DNA from: Coraliomargarita sp.
GTDB taxonomy: Bacteria; Verrucomicrobiota; Verrucomicrobiia; Opitutales; Coraliomargaritaceae
NCBI GenBank assembly: GCA_965216325.1
Contig: OZ244160.1
Coordinates: forward strand, 2,848,001-2,912,000
Reading direction: 5' to 3'
Length of the DNA stretch: 64,000 nt
Part shown: in pieces, positions 37,160 through 48,291 of the stretch
How positions within the stretch are numbered: the stretch's first letter is position 1
Layout of the letters: every line of letters starts with the position of its first letter
Notes under the pieces: generated by a model
The model's input: only the letters and a program-made list of their open reading frames with translations
What the model was told of the DNA's origin: nothing
The model's database searches: none
Translations under genes and position numbers: made by a program

Positions 37160-38620
37160 TTACAACAGTGGCGTAATCAAATGCACGATGCCCTCGATCG
37201 TGCGGTGGGGCATGATGTTCTTATCGGTGATGGCTTCCTGGTAGGAGATGCAGTTGCCTATGATCTCGGTGGCCCATTCGTCGAGGTCCTGAATGTCGGC
37301 GGGGCTGTAGTGGAGTTGGGCGACTTCGAAGTTCACGAATAGGGAGCGCATGTCGATGTTGGCGGAGCCGGTCAAGGCTACCATGCCGTCAGCAAGGATC
37401 AGCTTGGCGTGTAGCATACGCGGGGTGTAAAAGAGGATTTCGACGCCGGCTTCATTTAGCTGACGCAAGTAGTGGTAGCGGGCGATGTCGGTGACCGGAT
37501 GGTTCGACTTGAGCGGCAGGATTAGGCGTATCTGACGCCCGGTGTGCGCCTTGACGATCAGTGAGCGCAGCAGTACTTCGTCGGGGATAAAGTAGGGCGT
37601 GATGATGGTCAGTGTTTGGCGGAACTCCTGAATAATGCGTAGAATCTGCTCCCAGAGAGGGTCGCTCTCCACATCGGGGCCACTAGCCATGACTTCGATG
37701 GTGCGGTTGCCGGCGGGCTCGGGGTGATAGCTGAGCTCTTCGATAAAGTTGTCTGCGGGCTCTTTACTGGCGAAGGCCCAGTCTGCGATAAAGATGCGGT
37801 TCAGGTGCGCGACAGCGGGCCCTTGAGTGATCAGGCTGAAGTCGGTAAAGCGCTCGCGGCTGGGTTCGGCGCCCATGAAACGCATATCCAGATTCTGCCC
37901 GCCGGTGATCGCGCGATAGTTGTCGAAGATTGCGATTTTACGGTGGTTGCGGAGATTGGTCGATACGCGTGACTGGAAGGGAATCACTGGGATGAACATG
38001 GAGACCTGTCCGCCTGCCTTACGGATGCGGTAGCGTGCCTTCCGCGTGCAGTTCCAACTGCCGAGCGAGTCGAGCAGCAGGCGCACGATAATGCCCTCGC
38101 GGGCGCGTCGTTCCAAGAGGTCGACGATGGCACGGCCAGTCTCGTCGTCACTCATGATGAAGGTGGCAATGTGGATGGTATGCTCGGCGTTGTTGATTTC
38201 TTCGCAGAGACGCTCGAAGGCGATCTCACCGTCGCGCAGCAGCAGGGTGTGGTTGGCTGTGGTGGTGGCACTATTGCCCTCGTAGGCGAGAATGTCGTGC
38301 GCTTGCTGTTCTTCGTCGGTATCGAGCGCGATGGAGCGGGCTTTGTCGAAGATGGCCTTTTTGCTTCGGGTCAATCGGCGACTTTTACGTCCGCCGAACA
38401 TGAAGTAGGCGAGCACCCCAAGTGGTGGAAAGAGCACGATTACGAAGAACCATGCAAAGAAGTTGGACGGACTACGCTTTTCGACCAGCACACGGCGAAT
38501 TACGATCAGCGCCAAAATGAAACCGGCGATGGTGAAGATATTGGTGATCAGGAAGCCGAAGATCTCGGTCGCCCAGTTATTCAGGGGGAGTACAATCGAA
38601 TCACGAAACCAGCGCCACAT
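37160..38620 (-). CDS. cls: Cardiolipin synthase
   Basis: Two HKD motifs (RNHRKIAIFD, LHAKLILAD); N-terminal TMs. Confidence 0.9.
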   Translation of the reverse strand: MWRWFRDSIVLPLNNWATEIFGFLITNIFTIAGFILALIVIRRVLVEKRSPSNFFAWFFVIVLFPPLGVLAYFMFGGRKSRRLTRSKKAIFDKARSIALDTDEEQQAHDILAYEGNSATTTANHTLLLRDGEIAFERLCEEINNAEHTIHIATFIMSDDETGRAIVDLLERRAREGIIVRLLLDSLGSWNCTRKARYRIRKAGGQVSMFIPVIPFQSRVSTNLRNHRKIAIFDNYRAITGGQNLDMRFMGAEPSRERFTDFSLITQGPAVAHLNRIFIADWAFASKEPADNFIEELSYHPEPAGNRTIEVMASGPDVESDPLWEQILRIIQEFRQTLTIITPYFIPDEVLLRSLIVKAHTGRQIRLILPLKSNHPVTDIARYHYLRQLNEAGVEILFYTPRMLHAKLILADGMVALTGSANIDMRSLFVNFEVAQLHYSPADIQDLDEWATEIIGNCISYQEAITDKNIMPHRTIEGIVHLITPLL

Positions 38621-38812
38621 GTTGATAAAATAGGTGAATAGCGTTTCTGCAGCGAGCTTTTTTGACGTAGCACAGGCGTCTCGCCTGTGTCATCCAGATC
38701 AGCATGAGGACACCGGCAGAATCCCGGCGCTACGATTTTCTCAGAATCGGTGGTTGTGCCGCTGGCGGGATTCCTTTCAGTGGGCTTTTCAATTTTTAAT
38801 ACCTCAAGAAAC

Positions 38813-39592
38813 ATGTCATCCGAATCTCAGCCAAATCCAGGTCAGCCACAGCAACAGCAAGTCAACTTGCAGCAAATCGCCCAGCAGTTCATGGCGGGTA
38901 TGCAGCGTCACTTTGATATGCTGGCCTTCAACCTCGCGTCGCGTGAGGCCGCGACTGAGGAGGCCTACAACGCGCACGTGCACGCCACCAAGATCATGCC
39001 TGCGGCACCGCGCCACCAGAATTTTGAGCAAATGCAGGCCTATGCGCGCGATCTGCTGGTGCGTCAGGTGATCGGTGATTCCTTGAATCTTGCGGTCACT
39101 GCGATGAACAACGCACACTTCTTCCTTGCGCTGGTGAAGGCGACCAACGCCAATAGCAACGTCGACCCTGAGGCACAAAAGACCGCTCAGGAATCACAAC
39201 AGAGCTTCGTGCCTGCGCCCTTGGATGAGAAGTTTAACCGCCTCGAGAAGGAGTACGGAATCATGTGCGAGCTGGAGGATACGCTGGTGTCCTTAGGTTT
39301 TGCCATTCAGGCACTGATGCAGAGTCGTGGCATTGTGCAGAAGGCGCACGTTGATGATGATGGTGAACTCGTGATCGAGCTCAAGGCCGTTGAAATCCTC
39401 AAGCCAGGTGAAGGCCCGCAGCAACCGGCTCAGGGCAAGCTGGTGGATCAGCGCAAGGCCTTCCGCGAAGGCGAGCAATTGATATTTGACAATTCCGACC
39501 TGCAGTTGGTGCTGGTGACGATCGCTTCGTTTGCTGACTCGCTCTTTAAGTCCGTTGCGGAATATGCGCGTTCGGTTAAGGAAGGGAAGTAG
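38813..39592 (+). CDS. Hypothetical protein
   Basis: Long ORF with core-like codon usage; no motif recognised. Confidence 0.7.
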   Translation: MSSESQPNPGQPQQQQVNLQQIAQQFMAGMQRHFDMLAFNLASREAATEEAYNAHVHATKIMPAAPRHQNFEQMQAYARDLLVRQVIGDSLNLAVTAMNNAHFFLALVKATNANSNVDPEAQKTAQESQQSFVPAPLDEKFNRLEKEYGIMCELEDTLVSLGFAIQALMQSRGIVQKAHVDDDGELVIELKAVEILKPGEGPQQPAQGKLVDQRKAFREGEQLIFDNSDLQLVLVTIASFADSLFKSVAEYARSVKEGK

Positions 39593-39922
39593 AGGGAGAA
39601 CGTCGAACCTCGAACGTTCAACCTTGAACATTGAATAGATGGGGTCGGGCAGTCTCGCGGGTTCGACAAGCTCACCGCCCTGAGCCCGTCGAAGGGCGGA
39701 GGCTGTCGTTCGCCCGTTGGTCTGAATTGCATTGCGATCTTGGATTGATGATAGGTCGTTTGGCGATCCGCTTGATTTTGATATTCGGTTTCGTCTGCCG
39801 AACGGTCGCCTCGGCGAGGCGACCCTACCAATGAAATACCTGCGAGATGTGCCTGCGCTACCTGTGGGATTCCTCAATTTTAGTCTAGCCGCCGACAGAG
39901 AGTCTGGCAGCATGTTCGAGCT

Positions 39923-40516
39923 GTGAATCTTCCGAATCTTCTCACTCTGTCGCGCATCCCGATCCTTTTCATCGTGGTCGGTTTGCTGTATGCACCCTTT
40001 CCGGGGGCGAGCACGGCTGCGTTCGTGATGTTTGTGATCGGTGCGCTCACCGATTGGGCAGACGGCTATTACGCGCGCAAGCAGAACCTTGTGTCAAATT
40101 TCGGCAAGCTGATGGATGCGCTGACCGACAAGGTGTTCATGGTCGGTTTGTTTATCGCTTTGTTGGCGATGGGCGTCTTACAGGGCTGGGCCTTGCCGCT
40201 CTTGTTGTTGATCCTTAGCCGCGAGTTCTTGATTACCGGTTTGCGCCTGGTTGCCGCGAGTTCGGGAATCGTGCTGGCTGCGGAAAAGTCCGGGAAGCAT
40301 AAGACCGTGTCGCAAATGGTCTCGGCCATTATGCTGTTGCTGGCGATTGCGGTGCGTGAGGACTTTTCCACGCTGCTGCCGCAGGTCCTGGGCGATGCAT
40401 TGCACTGGGGCGGGGTCGGCTTCTTTGTAATCGCGACGCTGCTGACGGTGTCGTCGGGCACGATGTATATGACCAAGTATTGGTCGGTCTTCACCGGTGA
40501 AGGCGAGAAGAAGTAG
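39923..40516 (+). CDS. pgsA: CDP-diacylglycerol--glycerol-3-phosphate phosphatidyltransferase
   Basis: [28 protein letters not shown]. Confidence 0.93.
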   Translation: MNLPNLLTLSRIPILFIVVGLLYAPFPGASTAAFVMFVIGALTDWADGYYARKQNLVSNFGKLMDALTDKVFMVGLFIALLAMGVLQGWALPLLLLILSREFLITGLRLVAASSGIVLAAEKSGKHKTVSQMVSAIMLLLAIAVREDFSTLLPQVLGDALHWGGVGFFVIATLLTVSSGTMYMTKYWSVFTGEGEKK

Positions 40517-40629
40517 GAACTATGAGCTGTCAGCAAAGGCTTTGTGTAGGGCCTTTGCTTGCAAAGTGCCGTATTGGGCCTGACTATATCGGTTTGGCGT
40601 CGTGCAAGCACGAGCCCTACAACTAAGAT

Positions 40630-41148
40630 ATGAAAATGCGTTTAAATTTCTTTTGGACTCAGTTTATTTCCACGCCAGTGCTGGTGAATCTTGCGACGCT
40701 GGGGCCACTCGGTCGGGTTAAAAAAGGTCCGGGCACGGTCGGAAGTGTGGCCGGCATTGCGCTGTATGCGCTGCTGTTCCATTTCGCCTCTTTGCTTGGC
40801 TTTGTCTTCCTCGCGGTGCTCTTGGCTTATCTGGCGATGGCCATCTGTGATGGCGCAGAGAAGCGCCTCGGGATGCGTGATCCGGGCATGATTGTGCTCG
40901 ATGAGTTCGTCGCGGTGCCGCTGGTCTTTATCGGAATGAATGGTCCGGGTGGTTTGCTCGAAGCACATGGCGGCTGGCCAGTGCTGATCGCCGGCTTTGC
41001 ACTGTTCCGTTTTTTCGACATTTTGAAGCCGCTGGGGATTTCGAAGCTGCAGAATCTGCCGGGGGGAATCGGCTGTGTTGCCGATGATTTGGCGGCTGGC
41101 TTGGCAGCCTGTGTTAGCCTGCACCTACTACTTCATTTCGTCTTTTAG
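40630..41148 (+). CDS. pgpA: Phosphatidylglycerophosphatase A
   Basis: [30 protein letters not shown]. Confidence 0.93.
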   Translation: MKMRLNFFWTQFISTPVLVNLATLGPLGRVKKGPGTVGSVAGIALYALLFHFASLLGFVFLAVLLAYLAMAICDGAEKRLGMRDPGMIVLDEFVAVPLVFIGMNGPGGLLEAHGGWPVLIAGFALFRFFDILKPLGISKLQNLPGGIGCVADDLAAGLAACVSLHLLLHFVF

Positions 41149-41151
41149 ATC

Positions 41152-41958
41152 ATGACCTTTCTGGATCGCTTGGAAAAACGCTTTGGCAGCTGGGCGGTGC
41201 CGAATGTCGGCCTGTATCTGGTGCTGGCACAGATTGCTGCCTATACGCTGATTCTCTCGCAGCGGGTCACGATTGAGTCGCTCTTGCTGGCGCCGACGAT
41301 GGTGCTGGGGGCCAATGAGTATTGGCGGCTGATGACTTTCCTGTTTTGCCCACCCTTTGTGGCAGGCTCGTTTATCAATATGCTCTTCTTGGGCTTTTAT
41401 TGGTATATTTTCTGGATGGTTTGCAATGCACTCGAAGGAATTTGGGGTGCTTTCCGGTTTAATTGCTATGTGCTGCTGGGCATTGTCTGCGCGATTGTCG
41501 GCGTGTTTATCGGGCATTTTATTTCACCGCAGCCAGCCGTGGTGGTCCTGCCGAAGGCGATCTATTGGAGCATGTTCCTCGCCTTTGCGGTCTTTCACCC
41601 GAATATTCAGTTTATGCTGATGCTGGTGATTCCGGTTAAAGTGAAATGGCTGGCCTGGCTGCTTGCCGGTTACATTGGTTACTTGTTTTTGATTGTGCCA
41701 ACGATTGGCTATAAGGTCGCACTGATTGCTCCCTTGCTGAACTTCTTCCTGTTTTTTCGCCGTTCCTTCATTGGTTCGGTGCAGGCAACACAGCGACGTA
41801 AGCAATTTCAGGCAGAAAAAAATGCGCGCGATAATGAGGCTTTTCACATTTGTTCAGTTTGTGGGGCAACGGATCAGACACATCCGGATCGCCACTTTCG
41901 CTATAAAACAATGGAAGGGGAGGCGGTCGCTATTTGTGATCACTGTCGCAAAGATTAG
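41152..41958 (+). CDS. Rhomboid/Derlin-like membrane protein with C-terminal Cys/His motif
   Basis: EYWRLMTFLF; multiple TMs; IPVKVKWL; CSVC...CDH. Confidence 0.65.
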   Translation: MTFLDRLEKRFGSWAVPNVGLYLVLAQIAAYTLILSQRVTIESLLLAPTMVLGANEYWRLMTFLFCPPFVAGSFINMLFLGFYWYIFWMVCNALEGIWGAFRFNCYVLLGIVCAIVGVFIGHFISPQPAVVVLPKAIYWSMFLAFAVFHPNIQFMLMLVIPVKVKWLAWLLAGYIGYLFLIVPTIGYKVALIAPLLNFFLFFRRSFIGSVQATQRRKQFQAEKNARDNEAFHICSVCGATDQTHPDRHFRYKTMEGEAVAICDHCRKD

Positions 41959-42029
41959 TCATATTGACTAATCTTTGCTGAATTAAAAGGCGTTTGACAA
42001 TTTTGAGTTAGACCGTCAGGGTTTGAGGT

Positions 42030-42470
42030 ATGGAAATCGAACCCCTGATTTGGACTGTCGCCGGCATTCTGTTGATTCTCGCAGAATTTGCGGTGCCCGG
42101 ATTGATTGTCATTTTCTTTGGCACATCCGCTTTGATGGTTGGCATCGGTTTGTATTTCGGTCTGCCAACTGCCTACGGAATCCCGTTCATCTGCTTTTCG
42201 GTTTTGTCGGTGCTGCAAGTTATCTTCCTACGTCGATTCTTTAAGAGTCTCTTTGTTGGAGCCAGCGTTGAAAATGCCGAAGCCCTTGAAGAGTTCATTG
42301 GCCACGAGGCGATTGTGATCTCAGGCTTTGAAGAGGGAGACCTTAGAGGCAAGGTCGAATTCAAGGGGAGCAGCTGGTCGGCACGCTCCGAAGGTCCACT
42401 GAAGCCAGGTGAGCGTGTGCAGATCACTGCACGTGATGGCCTGAATCTGACGGTTTCTGCTCCGAGATAA
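42030..42470 (+). CDS. NfeD family protein
   Basis: Three TMs plus OB-fold GKVEFKGSSWSA; upstream of the SPFH gene. Confidence 0.88.
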   Translation: MEIEPLIWTVAGILLILAEFAVPGLIVIFFGTSALMVGIGLYFGLPTAYGIPFICFSVLSVLQVIFLRRFFKSLFVGASVENAEALEEFIGHEAIVISGFEEGDLRGKVEFKGSSWSARSEGPLKPGERVQITARDGLNLTVSAPR

Positions 42471-42591
42471 TTTAGAACCGTTAATTGACGTCAATTTACG
42501 TGAATCGATTCTGACGTGAGAGAAGATAATTAGCGTTAATTCACGTAAATTAACGGATTAAGTAATAACGTGTTATAGAAAAGAAAATATT

Positions 42592-43515
42592 ATGCCAGAA
42601 CTCCTAACAATTCTTGGTCTTGGTTTCACTGCGCTGGTCGTAGTGGCCCTGTTTAAAACCGCACGTATCGTGCCGCAGCGTCAGCAGTTTGTGGTCGAGC
42701 GTCTCGGGAAGTATTCCCGTTCGTTGGATGCGGGCTTCCATATCCTGATTCCGTTTTTGGATAAGGTGGCCTATAAACACTCTCTAAAGGAGGTCGCGAT
42801 CGATGTGCCTTCGCAGATGTGTATTACAAAGGACAACATCGCGGTGGAGATTGACGGGATTCTTTACCTGCAAGTGGTGGATGCGAAGGCCGCGAGTTAC
42901 GGCATTGAGAATTACATGTTCGCGTCTTCACAGTTGGCGCAAACCACGCTGCGCTCCGAGATTGGTAAGATCGAGCTAGACCGCACCTTTGAGGAGCGTG
43001 AGACGATTAACTCTGAAGTGGTGCAAGCGGTGGACAAGGCGTCTAACCCATGGGGCGTCAAGATCCTGCGCTATGAAATTAAGGACATCCTGCCGCCGGC
43101 AACGGTGCGTGATGCGCTCGAGAAGCAAATGCGTGCGGAGCGTGAACGTCGGGCGGTGGTTGCGGAGTCGGAAGGTGAGAAGGAAGCGAAAATCAACGTC
43201 TCTGAAGGTCTGAAGCAGGAAGCGATTAACCTCTCCGAAGCGGAAAAGCAAAAGCAGATCAACGAAGCCGAAGGTAAGGCCGAAGAGATTCAGCTGATCG
43301 CGACTGCGACTGCACAGGGTATTCGCAAGGTTGCGGAAGCGATTGAAGCCCCAGGCGGTTCCGAAGCGGTCAACCTTCGCGTTGCTGAGCAATACATTAA
43401 GGAATTCGGCAACCTCGCGAAGGAGAACAATACGATGATCCTTCCGAGCAACTTGACGGATGTCGGCAGTATGGTCGCGACCATCACCAAGACGTTGGAT
43501 ACCGTTAAAAAGTAA
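42592..43515 (+). CDS. SPFH/stomatin-like protein (paraslipin/QmcA type)
   Basis: VVERLGKY, ITKDN, AQTTLRSEIG, QMRAERERRA. Confidence 0.93.
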   Translation: MPELLTILGLGFTALVVVALFKTARIVPQRQQFVVERLGKYSRSLDAGFHILIPFLDKVAYKHSLKEVAIDVPSQMCITKDNIAVEIDGILYLQVVDAKAASYGIENYMFASSQLAQTTLRSEIGKIELDRTFEERETINSEVVQAVDKASNPWGVKILRYEIKDILPPATVRDALEKQMRAERERRAVVAESEGEKEAKINVSEGLKQEAINLSEAEKQKQINEAEGKAEEIQLIATATAQGIRKVAEAIEAPGGSEAVNLRVAEQYIKEFGNLAKENNTMILPSNLTDVGSMVATITKTLDTVKK

Positions 43516-43629
43516 CTGATGAGTAGCGTAGGCGTCTCGCCTGCGTTCGTTTGCGCTGCCTGAACAGGCGAGACGCCTGTTCTACTTTTGACAGCCGCAC
43601 TCGATTGAAATCGGGTGCGGCTTTTACTA

Positions 43630-44481
43630 TTATCCTGCGTAAGCTTGGGCCAGCATTGTCTTGAGGCGTTCTGGATCGTTGGCGGACGTTTTTGCGATGA
43701 AGCCTTGGGCGTGGGTGAAGTGCACATCCGGTTCGTCGTTGAGCTGGGTGAAGTCCATGCGCTTGTCGTCGTTGTAGCGGCGCATGCCGTAGCCTTCGCC
43801 ACGACGGTCGGGATACACGAGCGCGAGCACTTCGTCTTCAAGGCCCAGTGCTTCGACATGGTAGCCCAGTCCAGACGAGGGCTCGTCTGGCAGTGGTTCG
43901 GTGCGCGGCATGAAGATCACCTTGAACTGATCGAACTCCCAAACCTCCGCGTGCTCGCTGACGAAGTCGAGCCGTGTGCGCAGGGTGGTTACATAGTCGA
44001 CGAGGTCTTGCCCGATCATGCGCATGATTTCCCAGATCGGTTCGCCGGGTTTGTGGAGTGTTTGCGAGGCGAAACGGCGCAGGATGGTGATGTCGAGGGG
44101 GGAGTTGAGTTTGCCGAGTGTTTCACGATCGATGCCGAGCCATTCGGCAGTGTCGTTGGGGCCGCGGCAATCGAACCACTCGGCGACTTCCAGCCAAGCG
44201 CAGAACTCTTTGCTGTCTTCATAGATACCCAAGTGCTGCAGTACGAGAGAGAGTGCGCAGGTCGGCACGTGCTCGCGAGGCAGTTGGTGGTGGTCGAAGT
44301 TGTGTAGTGTCGCACTGTGCTCATTACCGATATCGACTACGGCAACCCTGGCATCATTGAGATCGGCTTCGGTCGGATCACGACGCTCGATGTTGACGGG
44401 TGCTTCGGTGAGGAGCACGCAACATGCAAGGAAGTCGTCCTTATGTGCGCCGCCTGGGTGGGTTACGATAGATTGGATCAT
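43630..44481 (-). CDS. MYG1-family (DHH-like) hydrolase
   Basis: THPGGAHKDD, VVDIG, FDHHQ, FTHAQGF. Confidence 0.85.
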   Translation of the reverse strand: MIQSIVTHPGGAHKDDFLACCVLLTEAPVNIERRDPTEADLNDARVAVVDIGNEHSATLHNFDHHQLPREHVPTCALSLVLQHLGIYEDSKEFCAWLEVAEWFDCRGPNDTAEWLGIDRETLGKLNSPLDITILRRFASQTLHKPGEPIWEIMRMIGQDLVDYVTTLRTRLDFVSEHAEVWEFDQFKVIFMPRTEPLPDEPSSGLGYHVEALGLEDEVLALVYPDRRGEGYGMRRYNDDKRMDFTQLNDEPDVHFTHAQGFIAKTSANDPERLKTMLAQAYAG

Positions 44482-44544
44482 TGCGAGGGAAGCACAGCGG
44501 CTTTGAGGCGCGGTGCGAGCCTTTTATGCTTAAGGTCAAGATGT

Positions 44545-44838
44545 GCAAGGGATTGGTCGGCGGCGATTGATGGCGATGGAGACAGCTATGTTGAGCTTCC
44601 GGGGACAACGCATGGGGCCAGCCCGCGTTCGGTGGTTTTCGAGTTCACCGAGCCACAGATTGTTCGCTCGCTAAATGTCGAGATGCAGGAGAATAGTGAA
44701 GCACGTTGCCTCAAACTCTTTGCAAGTCATGATGGCCAGTCATGGAAACAAGTGGGCTTCTTTCACCGCTGGATTAAGCACTTTGACCCGCGCCGTGAAG
44801 AGTTGGTGCAAGGCTTTCCGGATGCGACAGCGAAGTAT
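44545..44838 (+). pseudogene. Fragment encoding an F5/8-type (discoidin-like) domain of a glycoside hydrolase
   Basis: AAIDGDGDSY...FEFTEP...FASHDGQSWKQV...ATAKY; no start codon; fused out of frame to the next fragment. Confidence 0.5.
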
Positions 44839-46260
44839 TCCAATTCAGCTCAGCAAGAATTGGCATGATATGACGACTGGCCAATACATTCGCTGCTTTA
44901 GCTCGTTACCCGTCGAGCCCGGCAAGCAGGAGTTTCTATTGCGTATTGTCTACGGCTTCTACGGAAGTCTGCCAGCTGCCAGCCATGCACAGCTTTCACT
45001 GGTCGGCTGGGGCAACCATGGTCGTTGGGATCAGTTGGCTATCGGCACCTGGGGTGAGACGATTTGTTTCGATACGGATATGAGTTGCGTCGATGTGGCG
45101 ATTACGGATGTGCGTATGTTGATGGCGCGTAATGGTGCCGAAGGCCAATCATGGAATTGGACGGATGCCGGCTGGGGTGGTGACTGGTTGGGCGTATTCG
45201 ATGCGGCAGGAAAGAAGCTGACAACGACTGAGATGAAGGCGGCTTACCTTGCACAGGGGCCCTGTCTCACCGATGTTCGTTTTAATGGTCATTACGGTGC
45301 GGACCGTCAGGTCGATGTTCAGGTTGATACCAGTACTTTACGAACCGACGATTTTGCCCGAACTTTCTTTAAGGTTCGTTATGATTTCGATCAGGCATTG
45401 GCAGCAGATAAGGCGTGGTTCTTCAAGGCAGGCCGGACCGGTTCATCGGTCTCGCCGAAATTTGCCCATGGTAACGCCGCTGGGCTGATTGAAGACTTGG
45501 AGGTGCCGATTAGCTTGCAGGAGGGACAGGCGCTTTTTGATCGGATGCAAGCCGAAGGCGAGGGGCCATGGTGGGCCGGCTTTCCCGGCGGGTATTTGGT
45601 GGATGGACGCGATTGGGGCATCGGTAGTCGCGCACTCATCGTCCGCTCCTATCGGGCGAGTTTCGGTGGGGTGGAGTATGACCGCCCTTCATTTTCGACT
45701 CCGGTTCATCGCCAGCCACGACCTGAAGGTGCAAATATTGATCTGTTGATTGCGCCTCCAGCCGGTGTGACTGAGTTCCAGCCAGGCGACTATGTGGAAA
45801 TGGAAGTTGAGTTCATGACCTTCCACCGCATTGCGGATGACTATTATGGGCCCAATGAACTTTATCGCCAGCACCTGACTGAATATCCACGATCTTGGAA
45901 GACCATTTACCGTGAAGTTGCGGGCAATGAGCTGGATGTCATTGTCACGGGGGGGGGGAATTACTGTCCTCGTATCCGATTCGTATTCAAGCGACGGATG
46001 TTGAACTGGGCATTACGATTACCGGTGGCAACGGGAAGGTCCCTTTGCAAATCGAGGGGCTGCCTTCGGTTGATGGCTATGAGCTTTATCAACTCGTGGA
46101 TGGCGCTGTGCAACCCTTGGACCAATCCGTTGCTGGCAACGACTTTTGGCAGGTGAATTTTGACCAAAGTTCGCAATTCTTCCGCATCACATACAATCTG
46201 CCGCTGGATCAAGGCGGGCTGACTCGCTGGGTTTTTAGACGCTCGCTGGCCACGAACTAG
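44836..46260 (+). pseudogene. 5'-truncated, frameshifted paralogue of 59987..62410
   Basis: IPIQLSKNWH and AQLSLVGWG..G.W.Q.A.G.WGE.IC are shared with 59987..62410. Frameshift in G10 at 45949-45958. Confidence 0.75.
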
Positions 46261-46323
46261 GCTGCGATCCGAGGTTTTGTGTTTAAGCTTGTTAGTGAAA
46301 ACATTTTGTGAATGTTAACTAAC

Positions 46324-47355
46324 ATGAAGCAACAGTCTGTTAGCATGAAGCAGATCGCCGAGCGTGCGGGCGTATCGATGATGACCGTCTCACGCGTATT
46401 GCGTAATGAATCGAATGTCGCTCCGAAGACGGAAAAGCTGATTCGAGGTATTGCCGACGAATTGGGTTACAAACCGAACCGCCTGGTGCGTGGTATCCAA
46501 AGCGGGCGCAGCGGCATTGTGAGTATTGTGGTCCCTGCGGGCCACGCCATTGCTCCAAGCATCCTTGAGGGCGCCTACGATTATTTCCATGAGAAAGACA
46601 TGATCATGGCGCTCGACCTCGTGCATGGACACTATGGACAGCAGGCATCTGCTGAGCAGAGTAAGGTCATCAATCGATTGCTCGAGAGCCGTGTCGATGG
46701 ATTTATTCTGCTGCCTGTGGACGAAGAGGCGGGCCCGCTGTACTACAAGGAGGTCGTGGACCGTAAGATTCCGCTGGTATTAGTCGACCGTCAACCGACT
46801 GGCTTTGATGTCGACTTTGTGGGCACGGACGATGTGGCGGGAGGCTATGAGGCGGCCCGTGTGCTTGCGAAGAATGGCTGCAAATCAGTCGTGTTGCTCT
46901 CTACCGGCGACTATGTGAGCACCAGTCGTATGCGTTCGGAGGGCTTCCGCAAGGGGGTGCAAGATTTTGGCATGAAATTGGTCGGCGACATCGCGGCGCA
47001 GGACATTGCTGCAAACGCCAATTTGGTAGATACTGAGTTGAAGAAATTGAAAGGGCAGTTTGATGGTGTCTTTGGAATTGCCGACCGTTTGGCGATTAGT
47101 GCTTGGCATAGTTGCAAAGCACTGAAGCTTTCCATCCCCAGTCAGGTGAAGATCATCGGCTTCGGTGCGTTGAATTTGCGTGACCCGCGTGTGGCGCTTT
47201 CGACCTTCGACCAAGAAGCCTACGAAATCGGACAAAATGCGGCGAAGCTTCTGGTGGAACGCATCGAGAAGGGACCGGGCGTGCGCCGTCCACGGTCCAA
47301 GTCGATTTTGAATACACCGATTTTCCTTGAGGGCACCTCGTGCCCAGCTGTCTAA
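46324..47355 (+). CDS. LacI-family transcriptional regulator
   Basis: MKQIAERAGVSMMTVSRVL HTH; LGYKPN; sugar-binding domain. Confidence 0.93.
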   Translation: MKQQSVSMKQIAERAGVSMMTVSRVLRNESNVAPKTEKLIRGIADELGYKPNRLVRGIQSGRSGIVSIVVPAGHAIAPSILEGAYDYFHEKDMIMALDLVHGHYGQQASAEQSKVINRLLESRVDGFILLPVDEEAGPLYYKEVVDRKIPLVLVDRQPTGFDVDFVGTDDVAGGYEAARVLAKNGCKSVVLLSTGDYVSTSRMRSEGFRKGVQDFGMKLVGDIAAQDIAANANLVDTELKKLKGQFDGVFGIADRLAISAWHSCKALKLSIPSQVKIIGFGALNLRDPRVALSTFDQEAYEIGQNAAKLLVERIEKGPGVRRPRSKSILNTPIFLEGTSCPAV

Positions 47356-47370
47356 GGCTCTTGGTCGCCG

Positions 47371-47727
47371 CTAGTCGCGGCTAGTCTTGGCCAAATCCTG
47401 GCAAACGCCAGCGAACCACTTGTTGAGTTCGGCCTCGAGCCGTTGTACTTTCTGCTGGTTCGCGTCCGCCAGGTTGTTCTGTTCGAGTGGATCGTCTTTC
47501 AAATTGTAGAGCTCCATCGGTGGAGGAGGTGGTAAGTCGACTTCAGGCGCTGGGTCGCGCGGATTGCGTTTGAGGAAATCAATCGCCTCGTCGGTCCAGA
47601 ATTCGGTCAGGTAGCGGCCGTCGGCGCGGATGACTTTAGAGCCGGATTCCAAGCGCCAGTCATAATAATCATGCATGCCCCCGCGGAAGCAGATTGCTTC
47701 GTTGAAGCCACGCTGCGCGGGCCATTC
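47371..47727 (-). pseudogene. Sulfatase remnant with internal deletion
   Basis: PAQRGF...YLTEFWTDEAIDF is joined directly to C-terminal ELYNLKDDPLEQNNLA. Confidence 0.7.
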
Positions 47728-48291
47728 ATGAGCATTTCGGATTTTGTGAATCATCGCGTAGGGCCGTTGGATACTGCCACCTCATATACTGGAGCGCTTC
47801 AAGCTGCCATTGACTTAGAGTCTGGAGTGGGCGGTAGTGGTATTAACTCCGGCTCTCGTGCCGCTGCAGCCAATAGTGCCGCCGTTGATGCGAACGCTTT
47901 GACTGGAACTTTGGCCCCTGCAAACAAGTATGTGCTGTATCCTGGACCAAGTAACGAGAGGAAAAGTACGACAGGTATCCCAGGGGATATTACCCAAGCG
48001 GATATTTTACGCCCCATAGCACCACGCCTCAATGCACGTTCGGATACCTTTCGGATTCGTGCTTATGGAGAAGTTCAAGATTCTTTTGGGAATGTATCGT
48101 CAGCCATCTGTGAGGCCGTGGTTCAGCGTGTACCAGAGTATCTAGAGCAGGATATTTCCTCTGGCGGAAATGATCCTTGGGACGATAGTGATACTTTAAC
48201 GAGTGATCGACCGCTGGGTTCGATCAATCAACAGTTTGGGCGTCGTTTCAAAATTCATAGTGTCCAGTGGCTGAATTCCAATGATGTATAA
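47716..48291 (+). pseudogene. C-terminal fragment of a large Verrucomicrobial pilus-assembly (Verru_Chthon cassette A/PilX-like) protein
   Basis: RGPFMSISDFVN, ITQADIL, ARSDTFRIRAYG, CEAVVQR.P, GRRF.I....WL. Confidence 0.6.
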
